Positions 9,943 through 17,762 of a DNA stretch of 64,000 nt are shown here, one piece after another (within the stretch, counting starts at the first letter, position 1; every line of letters begins with the position of its first letter). Made by a program: the position numbers and the translations under genes. Source of the stretch: Candidatus Shapirobacteria bacterium (lineage in GTDB: Bacteria > Patescibacteriota > Microgenomatia > UBA12405); contig JALHFY010000001.1 of assembly GCA_022837635.1 (NCBI GenBank), positions 381,693-445,692 on the forward strand, given 5' to 3'. Under the pieces are notes generated by a model, which was given only the letters and a program-made list of their open reading frames with translations, had not been told where the DNA came from and did no database searches.

Positions 9943-10290
9943 TTAACGACTAATAGTTTTTAATATAGCGGATTTCTCCTCTTTTGACAAAGTAATATTG
10001 TCTCCCTGACCGTTTTTGATGGGTTTGGCATAAATCCGACTAAAGGAGCGGTGATGAAGGGAGGTTAAAAGCAGACCGGAATTATCTTTATCCAAAAGAA
10101 CCAGAATAAAACTTTGGTCACCACCAATATCTTCAAAAGGGTTGAATCTAATCAGATTAACTTTCTGAATACCGGAAATATTGTCATTTTTTCGAGAAGA
10201 AAGATGACGATATTTAGTGAGAATCAGATAAAGGAGATAGATCAAGCCTAAAAAATTAACAACAGTAAGAATAAGAGCAATCTGGTTCAT
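9943..10290 (-). CDS. DUF4446 family protein
   Basis: QKV..IRFNPF.DIGGDQSF...LLD...G..LTSLH.R..RIYAKP...LSKEE. Confidence 0.85.
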   Translation of the reverse strand: MNQIALILTVVNFLGLIYLLYLILTKYRHLSSRKNDNISGIQKVNLIRFNPFEDIGGDQSFILVLLDKDNSGLLLTSLHHRSFSRIYAKPIKNGQGDNITLSKEEKSAILKTISR

Positions 10291-10330
10291 CCAGGATAAG
10301 TTTAACAGAGAAGCAGTGTATACTGTAGTT

Positions 10331-10435
10331 ATGGATAATAATGCTCATTATTTACGTAAAGATTTATTAAAGAGCTTTGTTTTAAGTCTGGTAGCTATTG
10401 CAATCCTTCTAGGATTGTATTATGTTTGGAAGTGA
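10331..10435 (+). CDS. Small single-TM membrane peptide (34 aa)
   Basis: MDNNAHYLRKDLLKSFVLSLVAIAILLGLYYVWK*; TATACT 6 nt upstream of ATG; below the ORF-track cutoff. Confidence 0.55.
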   Translation: MDNNAHYLRKDLLKSFVLSLVAIAILLGLYYVWK

Positions 10436-10478
10436 GTTAGCTTTAATTAGGTTTATTTAAAGGAGGTGAAAAGAAATT

Positions 10479-10655
10479 ATGGCTACTATTAAATTTTATT
10501 CTGTAAAATCCAGAAAATCCGTCGAGGTTGACGTTTCCAAAGTCAAAAAAGTCACCTTGAAAAACGGAAGACCGGCAGCTGAAGCTATTGATCCAGAAAC
10601 CGGTACTAAAATGTTCAAGATTTTATCCGCTGCTGATGCAGCTATGTTGAAATAA
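10479..10655 (+). CDS. Small basic protein, DUF5679/CC1-like putative nucleic-acid-binding protein (58 aa)
   Basis: Perfect SD AAGGAGGTGA at 10460-10469; MATIKFYSVKSRKSVEVDVSKVKKVTLKNGRPAAEAIDPETGTKMFKILSAADAAMLK*; followed by a terminator. Confidence 0.85.
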   Translation: MATIKFYSVKSRKSVEVDVSKVKKVTLKNGRPAAEAIDPETGTKMFKILSAADAAMLK

Positions 10656-10663
10656 GTATTGTT

Positions 10664-10697
10664 AAAAATCCCCCCGCACTATACGGGGGGATTTTTT
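10664..10697 (+). terminator. Intrinsic terminator
   Basis: AAAAATCCCCCCG-CACTATA-CGGGGGGATTTTTT. Confidence 0.85.
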
Positions 10698-10719
10698 GTG
10701 TTAAAATAGGGAACTTCAG

Positions 10720-11018
10720 AGAAGTTGAAGGACTGTATCTGGGTCGCCGTCGCGAAAGCTATGGTGTACCAAGGTAGGAAAGTCCGGACCACAAAAAGCA
10801 AGAAATCCCGAAGGGGACGGGGTGTGAACTCCGGGTAAGGCTACAGAGACGAGTAGGTCGCCTTCGTTCCGCGATTGCGGGACTACGGTGTACCGAGGTG
10901 AAACGAGCCTCCTTTCTGTGGAAATCTCAAGATGAGGCGCCTGTATCTAGCTTTTGAGAGCCTCAGGTGGAGAGAATAGATAGATAGTCCATAAACAGAA
11001 TCCGGCTTATCTACTTCT
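10720..11018 (+). ncRNA. rnpB: RNase P RNA (compact, ~300 nt)
   Basis: AGGAAAGTCCGG (CR-I), ACAGAGA (CR-II-like), GGTGAAACG (CR-III), AACAGAATCCGGCTTA (CR-V); P1 AGAAGT/ACTTCT, P2 GGACTGT/ATAGTCC; TG-t-TAAAAT promoter at 10699-10707. Ends approximate. Confidence 0.92.
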
Positions 11019-12003
11019 TTGAAGTCTGATTTTGAAAGAAACTTAAGTAAGCACTTTGGGCGACCAAATAGAGAGGAACAGCGATCAAAGCGCCGATAAC
11101 ACCACCTAATTTAGCACCGGCGGCAATCAGTAGGATGGTAATGAGAGGGTGAATACCGACAGCGTGATTCATAACTTTGGGAACTATAAAATTACCCTCT
11201 ACTTGTTGAATAACAATACCCCAAACAACAGCTAAAACAGCCGTTAATGGGGAAACAGTTAGACCGAAAATACCGGCTAAAATCGAAGCAATGGTTGGAC
11301 CAATATTGGGAATAGCTTCCAATAAACCGGCAACTATAGCCAAAGGCAAGGCATAATTAACACCGATAATCAGATAACCAACATAAGACAATAAGCCGAT
11401 AAAAAGCATTAGAAATAATTCCGCTCCCATCCAGGAACCGAGACGAGTACGAAGATTATGGACAAACTCAATAGGTTTACGGCTTTTTTGACCAAAAATT
11501 TTTTTCAGATAATTATCAAAATTTTTTCTTTCCATGAGCAGATAGAAAGTGATGACGAAAATAATGAATAAGGAAAAGAGGTTGGAAAAAAAACTTAAAG
11601 CGATGTTACTGATTCGAGCCGGTAAAGTTTCTAAAAGCCGGAGCTGAGAAGAAATATTTTGACTGTCGAGACCCATAAAATTAATATTATCCAGCATGCC
11701 GGGAAGGTTTTTAATCAGATTAGTGGTTTGCTCGACCAGAGGTGGTACAATGCCGGCCACACAGGCACTGATAAATAAAAACACTAAAATATAAACTAAA
11801 ATAATGGCGACGGGACGAGATATCTTTCTTTTTTCCAGCCAAGTAATAGCGGGGTTAATGCCTTCCATGAAGGTATAGCAGATAAAGAGGAGTAAAAAAA
11901 TACCTCTTAATTGCCAAACTAACAGGAGTGATAATAGAAAAAAAACGGTAAAAATAATAGTTTTATGAGAGATTTCAACTTTTTGAACTGAATCAGTTTT
12001 CAT
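11011..12003 (-). CDS. AI-2E family transporter (PerM/TqsA-like)
   Basis: Multi-TM; LEAIPNIGP, QQVEGNFIVPKVM..AVGIHP..G.KLGG..GAL.AVP. Confidence 0.9.
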   Translation of the reverse strand: MKTDSVQKVEISHKTIIFTVFFLLSLLLVWQLRGIFLLLFICYTFMEGINPAITWLEKRKISRPVAIILVYILVFLFISACVAGIVPPLVEQTTNLIKNLPGMLDNINFMGLDSQNISSQLRLLETLPARISNIALSFFSNLFSLFIIFVITFYLLMERKNFDNYLKKIFGQKSRKPIEFVHNLRTRLGSWMGAELFLMLFIGLLSYVGYLIIGVNYALPLAIVAGLLEAIPNIGPTIASILAGIFGLTVSPLTAVLAVVWGIVIQQVEGNFIVPKVMNHAVGIHPLITILLIAAGAKLGGVIGALIAVPLYLVAQSAYLSFFQNQTSKK

Positions 12004-12917
12004 AGCGAATTGTACCATTTTTTAACCAGTGAAAAAATCCGAGAAGAATATTTTGGTTGGGTAATGTCTATAAAAATGACTTCGGGACGTTTTTTAAACC
12101 AAGTAAGTTGACGCCGGGCATAGGCATGCTCGTCAAAACGCCATTTTTGTTGGGCGTCGGCCAGCGACGCCCTTACAGTAAAATAATCACGGAATTCTTT
12201 GTAAGCCAAAGTATTTAGACCAGGATCAGACCATTTATAAGTTTTGAGTAATGTTTTGATTTCATCTAAAAGACCTAAAGACAGGCGTTTTTGAATACGT
12301 TGGTCGATACGGTGATAGAGAAATGAAGTGGGGGCGGTGAGAGAGAAATGAAGGATATCATAGTTGGGGTGATTGGTAGAGACGCCCCGCGGGGCGTCTC
12401 TACTGAATAATAAAGATAATTTAATTTCGATTTTTCTAATGAGACGGTGAGGGTTGTGTTTCTCGGAGTTGTTGAGAGAATCAAAACTTTTTTTGTCTAA
12501 GATTTGATAAATTTTTTGTAAATTTTTAAGTGATAATTTATTGAGGCAGAAACGAAGACAGCGTTTGGGTTTAAGATGGTAGGTATCACGTTGAGGATTG
12601 ACGATAGCATCAATATAGTGACCGGTACCACCGACAATAATGGGTAATTGATGGTGATGATGAGCCAGGTGAATTTTTTCAAAAGCAAGTTGTTGAAATT
12701 GAGTCACCGAAAAAGATTGATCAGGAGTGAGAATGTCAATTAAATGAATTTTGATATCTGGGGGATGGTCCTTGCCGGTACCAATATCCAGGCCTTGATA
12801 AATTTGTCTGGAATCGGCGGAAATCAGTAGACCATTGTACTTTTTTGCCAATTTAATGGCTAAATCGGTTTTGCCTGTAGCCGTGGGACCGGAGATAATG
12901 AGGATTTTTTTAGACAT
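12000..12917 (-). CDS. miaA: tRNA dimethylallyltransferase
   Basis: ISGPTATGKT, SADSRQIY.GLDIGTGK, VGGTGHY, YARRQLTWF. Start at ATG 12917, overlapping the ychF end. Confidence 0.93.
   Translation of the reverse strand: MSKKILIISGPTATGKTDLAIKLAKKYNGLLISADSRQIYQGLDIGTGKDHPPDIKIHLIDILTPDQSFSVTQFQQLAFEKIHLAHHHHQLPIIVGGTGHYIDAIVNPQRDTYHLKPKRCLRFCLNKLSLKNLQKIYQILDKKSFDSLNNSEKHNPHRLIRKIEIKLSLLFSRDAPRGVSTNHPNYDILHFSLTAPTSFLYHRIDQRIQKRLSLGLLDEIKTLLKTYKWSDPGLNTLAYKEFRDYFTVRASLADAQQKWRFDEHAYARRQLTWFKKRPEVIFIDITQPKYSSRIFSLVKKWYNSL
12152..12176 (-). repeat. REP-like palindrome within miaA (GTAA-GGGCGTCG-ctggc-CGACGCCC)
   Basis: 8-bp GC stem preceded by GTAA on the minus strand; read in frame as VRASLADAQ. 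Confidence 0.6.
12376..12403. repeat. Perfect 28-bp GTAG-type REP-like palindrome within miaA
   Basis: GTAGAGACGCCCCG|CGGGGCGTCTCTAC; read in frame as SRDAPRGVST. Confidence 0.8.
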
Positions 12918-13971
12918 TAAAACGGAATTCAACCACATCGTCAGGGCGCATTTGATAATCTTTACCCTCATGACGCAAAAGGCCCTGGGCTTTAGCGCCT
13001 TCCCAGCCCTGATGGGCGACAAAATCTTGATAGGAAACAATTTCAGCCATAATAAATCCCCTTTCAAAATCAGTATGAATGGCACCGGCAGCCTGAGGAG
13101 CGCGAGCTGACCGGGGAATGGTCCAAGCTCTCACCTCTTTGACACCGGCGGTGTAAAAAGATTGGAGACCAAGAGTTTCATAGGCTTTTTGAATGACTCT
13201 TTCCAAACCTGATTTAGTCATACCCAACTCTTTTAAGTAATTGATTTTGTCTTCAGCAGAAAGCTCGGAGAGTTCAAATTCAGTTTTAGCGCAAACTGGA
13301 ATAATATTTTCCAAAGTAGTTTGAAAATTATCTATATTTAAGTAAGTGTCTTCATCAACATTGGCGACAATAAAATATGGTTTAGCAGTCAGCAAAAAAA
13401 ATTCTTTTAATAAAACTTTCTCATCCTCGTCCAAGTCTAAATTAACAGCTAATTTACCCTGTTCTAAGGCAAGTTTTAATTTTGAAGCCAGGGCATATTT
13501 TTTGGTATTTTTTTCAGTAGCATTATTTTTATGAGCATCTAAATATTTATCGAGACTCTCCAAATCTTTGATAATCAGTTCAGCACAAATGACCTCAAAA
13601 TCCCCTTGGGGATCAACACTCCCCTCTTTGATAATACTGGGATCAGAAAAGTTTCGGACCACATGACAAATGGCATCGCAGTCGCGAATATTGGTTAAAA
13701 ATTTATTACCCAAACCCTCACCGGTAGAAGCACCTTTAACTAAACCGGCAATATCCACAAATTCAACAATAGCGGGGACAATTTTGTCAGTTTTAACGAT
13801 ATCAGCTAGGACTGGTAGTTTGTCATCAGGCACTTCAACGACACCAACATTGGGATCGATGGTACAAAAAGGATAGTTACTGGCATCGGCCACTTGACGA
13901 CCTAAAAGAGCGTTGAAAAGAGTTGATTTGCCTACATTTGGAAGCCCGACAATGGCGATTGAAAGACTCAT
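12910..13971 (-). CDS. ychF: Ribosome-binding ATPase YchF
   Basis: [59 protein letters not shown]. Confidence 0.96.
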   Translation of the reverse strand: MSLSIAIVGLPNVGKSTLFNALLGRQVADASNYPFCTIDPNVGVVEVPDDKLPVLADIVKTDKIVPAIVEFVDIAGLVKGASTGEGLGNKFLTNIRDCDAICHVVRNFSDPSIIKEGSVDPQGDFEVICAELIIKDLESLDKYLDAHKNNATEKNTKKYALASKLKLALEQGKLAVNLDLDEDEKVLLKEFFLLTAKPYFIVANVDEDTYLNIDNFQTTLENIIPVCAKTEFELSELSAEDKINYLKELGMTKSGLERVIQKAYETLGLQSFYTAGVKEVRAWTIPRSARAPQAAGAIHTDFERGFIMAEIVSYQDFVAHQGWEGAKAQGLLRHEGKDYQMRPDDVVEFRFNV

Positions 13972-14196
13972 TTTTTAGCTTGATGATTAATATGGTCAAT
14001 TATATCGTGAATAATCATTTTTTGGTTATCTTTATCCATGTTTTCCAATACAATTGGTAGTATAGTCTAGTCACAACGATAGTTCTTGACACCCATAGAT
14101 TGACTACATAACTTTTAAAATATTGAAATAATTAACTGTTGATCAAGAATGTGATTTCACTAGAGGCTCTGGGATTAGGTTAAAAATTAGTTCAAA

Positions 14197-15283
14197 TTAT
14201 TTTACTGGGCACAAATCTTTCTTCAGTTTGATTAGATTTTCATAATCTTTACTAGTATCTCTCCATTTATCACTATGATTAATTGGAGTTACACCTTCGT
14301 AGTAAGTTATTTGTTGTTCAGGAAAAGGTAGGTATTGAACAACATCGTCAAAATCTATAAAACCAATGGTTCTTGAATCATCACTATTCTTTCTATTATC
14401 ACCAAGAACAAAAAGTTTATGTTCTGGAACTGTGACTTTTTGACACTCCTCAAGAAATAACCCTTCTAATCCATGATCTTTTGACCATTGATATTGTTCT
14501 GGAAGAGAAAAGGTTGAATTTGGTTCCATAGTGTAAGGTTCTTCAATGTATTTATCATTTATGAAGACACCACCACCTTTAATTTCAATGGTATCACCTG
14601 GTAAAGCGATAACTCTTTTGAAGAAAAAATAATTTGGTCTACTCAATTTAGTTATCATTGATCTAGTAATCTCATTTGAAAAAGCGACAGTATCACCTCT
14701 TTGAAATTGATAGGCCTTGTTTAATTTGTAGAAAATATTTTTGTAAGGGTAATATTTATGAATACTTCCGCCCGGAAATGATGGTGCCATTGAATTCATA
14801 TCATTAAGTGGTGGTTATCTGATAACGCGTTCCTAAAAATATTTCATCTGTAGCCACATTGTAACCAACAATGTAAGCCAAAAACCAAACTGGAGCGATA
14901 ATGATTCCATCAATCAATAAAACTGACCATCGAACATCTTTTAGTTTTGGTTTTTTGTAAAAAAAAGATTTAATTAAAACAATTAAAAGGTAAAGAGGGA
15001 AAATTGGAACGATAAATAAAAAAATTAGAAATGATTTAACTTTATTTTGCTTTTTATCTTCCCTTTGACTAATACTCAATTCAACAAACTTATACATTAA
15101 AAATAAAAAAGATAAGGTACCAATTAATATACTTCCAAAGAGAGAAACAAAGGCAATATATTTGATTGATGAAAGATTTTCATTAAATGGTCCGTTTTGA
15201 ATTCTACCAACGTACAAGCTAATCAAAAAGACCACTAAACAAACAGCCCAAATTATCAATTGCTTTTTAATTTCTTTTTTCAT
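14197..15283 (-). pseudogene. Signal peptidase I (S26) with multi-TM N-terminus, split by a 1-nt frameshift near 14810
   Basis: ORF 14804-15283 (TM segments) plus ORF 14197-14799 (NSMAP catalytic Ser, FKRVIALPGD Lys, FVLGDNR.NS.DSR). Removing one base in ATAACCACCACTT joins them (..QITPLNDMNSMAP..). Confidence 0.65.
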
Positions 15284-15420
15284 ATTAATGTTAAATAATT
15301 TTTCTTTCTGAAAGGTGTCATTAGAAGGTTTCCGACTATCTCTAAAACCAGGAGAACTTTTAGAATAAATCTGATAATAAAAAGTTCAAATGATGTAATT
15401 GAAGCTAATATTTCATTCAT
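15280..15420 (-). CDS. Small hydrophobic peptide (46 aa)
   Basis: MNEILASITSFELFIIRFILKVLLVLEIVGNLLMTPFRKKNYLTLI*; ATGA overlap with the next gene. Confidence 0.4.
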   Translation of the reverse strand: MNEILASITSFELFIIRFILKVLLVLEIVGNLLMTPFRKKNYLTLI

Positions 15421-15633
15421 TTTTTGAATTAATTTACTAACTTACCGTTTGCAAGGTTATGTTTAGCTAAGTTGTATACTGTAAGTGTAGCACGAAGATC
15501 TCAATAAAATTATAGCGTCGAATTAGTGTTGTTAAGAGGAAGTTTATTAAAAAAAAGAAAAATTTTGTGTGATTAATCAGATAAATTAAAGTATTTTTTA
15601 TAAAAAAATCAAGGAAAAGATAAGACAGAATGT

Positions 15634-16647
15634 TTAGGAGAATTGTTGAAGTAATTGTTTTAAATTATCACGAGTACTGTCGACCAGGTATTGCGAAATT
15701 TTTATTTTAGGATCGATACTGAGGGCATCAAGATTAAGACCGGCAGCGGCTCGTTCTAAAAGGGCTAAATTCAGTAGTTTTTTTGAGGTAGAAAAAGAAT
15801 TGATATGAGACAACCAGAGTTGACGCTGTGATTCAATTTGAGCAGGAGTAATATCGGAAACTTGAGGCAGGTGATACATAAACCAATGATAGGCAAAAAC
15901 AGTATCGTAACCAGGCGGACGCCAGGACCAGTAAAGGTTGGATAAAAGAATAATTTGCCGACCAGATTGATAAAGATCGGTATAGGAAAAGTGACCATGA
16001 ACAAATTCGTAGTCGATATGTTGATACTCACGAGATAAAATTTGAACAGCCTGGTCAATAAGTTGAAAATCTTCTTTTTGTCTAAAAGGATGAGTAGGAT
16101 AAATTTTTAAACTACTTTCACGCCAACGAACAAAATTATCTTTAATTGAATCAGAGATACTTTGACTTGGTTTTTTTACCCAAGGTTGCTGTCGACAATT
16201 TTGACGATATTCATGATAAATTTCAAAAAAATTGTCAACTTGAGAGAGAGTAGTCGGAAGAGTGATTAGAGGAGAAGAGGGTATGTCTTCCATAATCAAG
16301 GCTTCGTATTCTTGATCAGAATTCCAGGCAAGGTGTTGGTAAAGATGAGGAGGGCGAATAATTAAACTATGATTATTTTTGACAAAAGATTGAATCATGG
16401 TGGCTTCACTAATATTAGGTTTGACGCCTTGAATTTTTAAAATAACATTTTTACCTTGGTAAGTACCGCGATAATGAACAGCTCCGACTTTAGATGAACC
16501 CCACCAGGAACTTCTATTAACCAAACGTTCAGGGATAAAACCTGTATTTTGGGTTATATCTTGCAAAATTTTCTTTTCCCGATCAGCCAAACTTTTAGCT
16601 CGAGTGAAAGCATGAGAAATTTCGTTTTGTTTGGGTAAATTTGTCAT
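15634..16647 (-). CDS. APH/choline-kinase-like fold protein with atypical motifs
   Basis: VILKIQG, ALIMEDI, FVHGH, IILL..LYW..RP..YD spacing typical of APH-like kinases. Confidence 0.55.
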   Translation of the reverse strand: MTNLPKQNEISHAFTRAKSLADREKKILQDITQNTGFIPERLVNRSSWWGSSKVGAVHYRGTYQGKNVILKIQGVKPNISEATMIQSFVKNNHSLIIRPPHLYQHLAWNSDQEYEALIMEDIPSSPLITLPTTLSQVDNFFEIYHEYRQNCRQQPWVKKPSQSISDSIKDNFVRWRESSLKIYPTHPFRQKEDFQLIDQAVQILSREYQHIDYEFVHGHFSYTDLYQSGRQIILLSNLYWSWRPPGYDTVFAYHWFMYHLPQVSDITPAQIESQRQLWLSHINSFSTSKKLLNLALLERAAAGLNLDALSIDPKIKISQYLVDSTRDNLKQLLQQFS

Positions 16648-16656
16648 ATTTGATTT

Positions 16657-17361
16657 TTATAAAGCAAAAAATTTAACAGGAACAACCAAAAGAAGACGAT
16701 GAAGCATATCAATATGCTTCACGGGTTTATCAAAACCATAAATACTGAGACGGATGTCACGACTGGGTTGACCACCTATGCAGTAATATTCATTAAATTT
16801 AGGTTTCTCAGGACGAGTAACAGTAATCAAATAACCTGTTCGACAAGTATTTTCATTGGTCCATAGAGGTAAACCAGTATGTTGATAGTAATGAAAAGCT
16901 AATTCGCTATACATAGATAAATTAGCAACGATAATTTTAAGACCAGGAATCTCTCTTTTACCTAATTTGAGTTTTTTATCAGGAATAAAAAAAGAGCTGT
17001 TGGGTTGAGTTATGAGAGGAAGACTAGCAAACTGACCAATGTCTTGAAAACCAGTTTTAAGATTGAAAGCAACTTCGGTGGGGGGCAGATGCCGATTTTC
17101 ATAGTCAGATGAAAAAGGGGGTTTGATAGTTTTAATAAAATCGACTTGACGTAGGTCACTAAGTGAAGCACCTTGAAGTGAAAAGATTTGATAACCGTGT
17201 TTTTTTAAAATTTTTTTGTGTTCTTCTGAAAAACGGACAACGGCTTGGTTATCTGGAGGTACAAGTAATTCAGGGAAAGTAGGTTTTGGATTGGCATTAA
17301 TACTATAAGGAAGGCGTTCAGCCAACTCTTCACTGCTATAAGAAGAACGTCGTTCATTCAT
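16657..17361 (-). CDS. Hypothetical protein
   Basis: 234-aa ORF; TG-t-TAAAAT 6 nt upstream of ATG. Confidence 0.65.
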   Translation of the reverse strand: MNERRSSYSSEELAERLPYSINANPKPTFPELLVPPDNQAVVRFSEEHKKILKKHGYQIFSLQGASLSDLRQVDFIKTIKPPFSSDYENRHLPPTEVAFNLKTGFQDIGQFASLPLITQPNSSFFIPDKKLKLGKREIPGLKIIVANLSMYSELAFHYYQHTGLPLWTNENTCRTGYLITVTRPEKPKFNEYYCIGGQPSRDIRLSIYGFDKPVKHIDMLHRLLLVVPVKFFAL

Positions 17362-17385
17362 GAACCAATTTTAACATTAAAACAA

Positions 17386-17409
17386 AACCTCCCGCCGTGG
17401 CGGGAGGTT
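17386..17409 (-). terminator. Intrinsic terminator after HU gene
   Basis: Minus strand AACCTCCCGCC-AC-GGCGGGAGGTT followed by TTGTTTT. Confidence 0.8.
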
Positions 17410-17428
17410 AAGAATTCAAAAAGAATTA

Positions 17429-17701
17429 TTATTTAACCATCTTTTTGATTTTGGTGCCGGGAATATAACGAGGCATTCGGCGGGCCGCAATCTTTTTAAG
17501 TTCCTTGGAATTAATAGCTTTGATGGTTTTGGGTTTGAACATTTTGGTCTTAAAAGTACCAAAACCAGAGAGTTTGACATCTTCACCCGCAGCCAGGGCT
17601 TTCATAATTTCATTTAAGAAGGTTTCAACGGAAACCTTGGCAGCTTTCTTGGGAAGTTTAGCTTTACTAGCGACGACTTCAATGAGATCTTTTTTGGTCA
17701 T
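17429..17701 (-). CDS. hup: HU family DNA-binding protein
   Basis: MTKKDLIE.VA...L.KK, GE.V.LSGFGTF, I.ARR.P. Confidence 0.92.
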   Translation of the reverse strand: MTKKDLIEVVASKAKLPKKAAKVSVETFLNEIMKALAAGEDVKLSGFGTFKTKMFKPKTIKAINSKELKKIAARRMPRYIPGTKIKKMVK

Positions 17702-17762
17702 TTGTTTTCTGAATTTATAATTCAGTTACCATTATTAGATACTTTCGGCAAAATTTCAAGTC

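Noticed and set aside
12918-13085. N-terminal extensions in the ORF track (miaA; likewise secD, cca, adk, rpsM, rpsH, rplD, SurA-like)
   Set aside because: They overlap upstream genes or terminators; downstream ATGs match family N-termini and promoter spacing.
14800-14820. Programmed ribosomal frameshift in the signal peptidase
   Set aside because: No slippery heptamer or prfB-like CTT-TGA, internal SD or downstream structure; a simple indel is more parsimonious.
13998-15526. Similar AATTATA(T/G)CGT..AAT sequences near both ends of the AT-rich islet as att sites
   Set aside because: Better explained as two minus-strand TATAAT promoters; the match is short and imperfect and no integrase is present.
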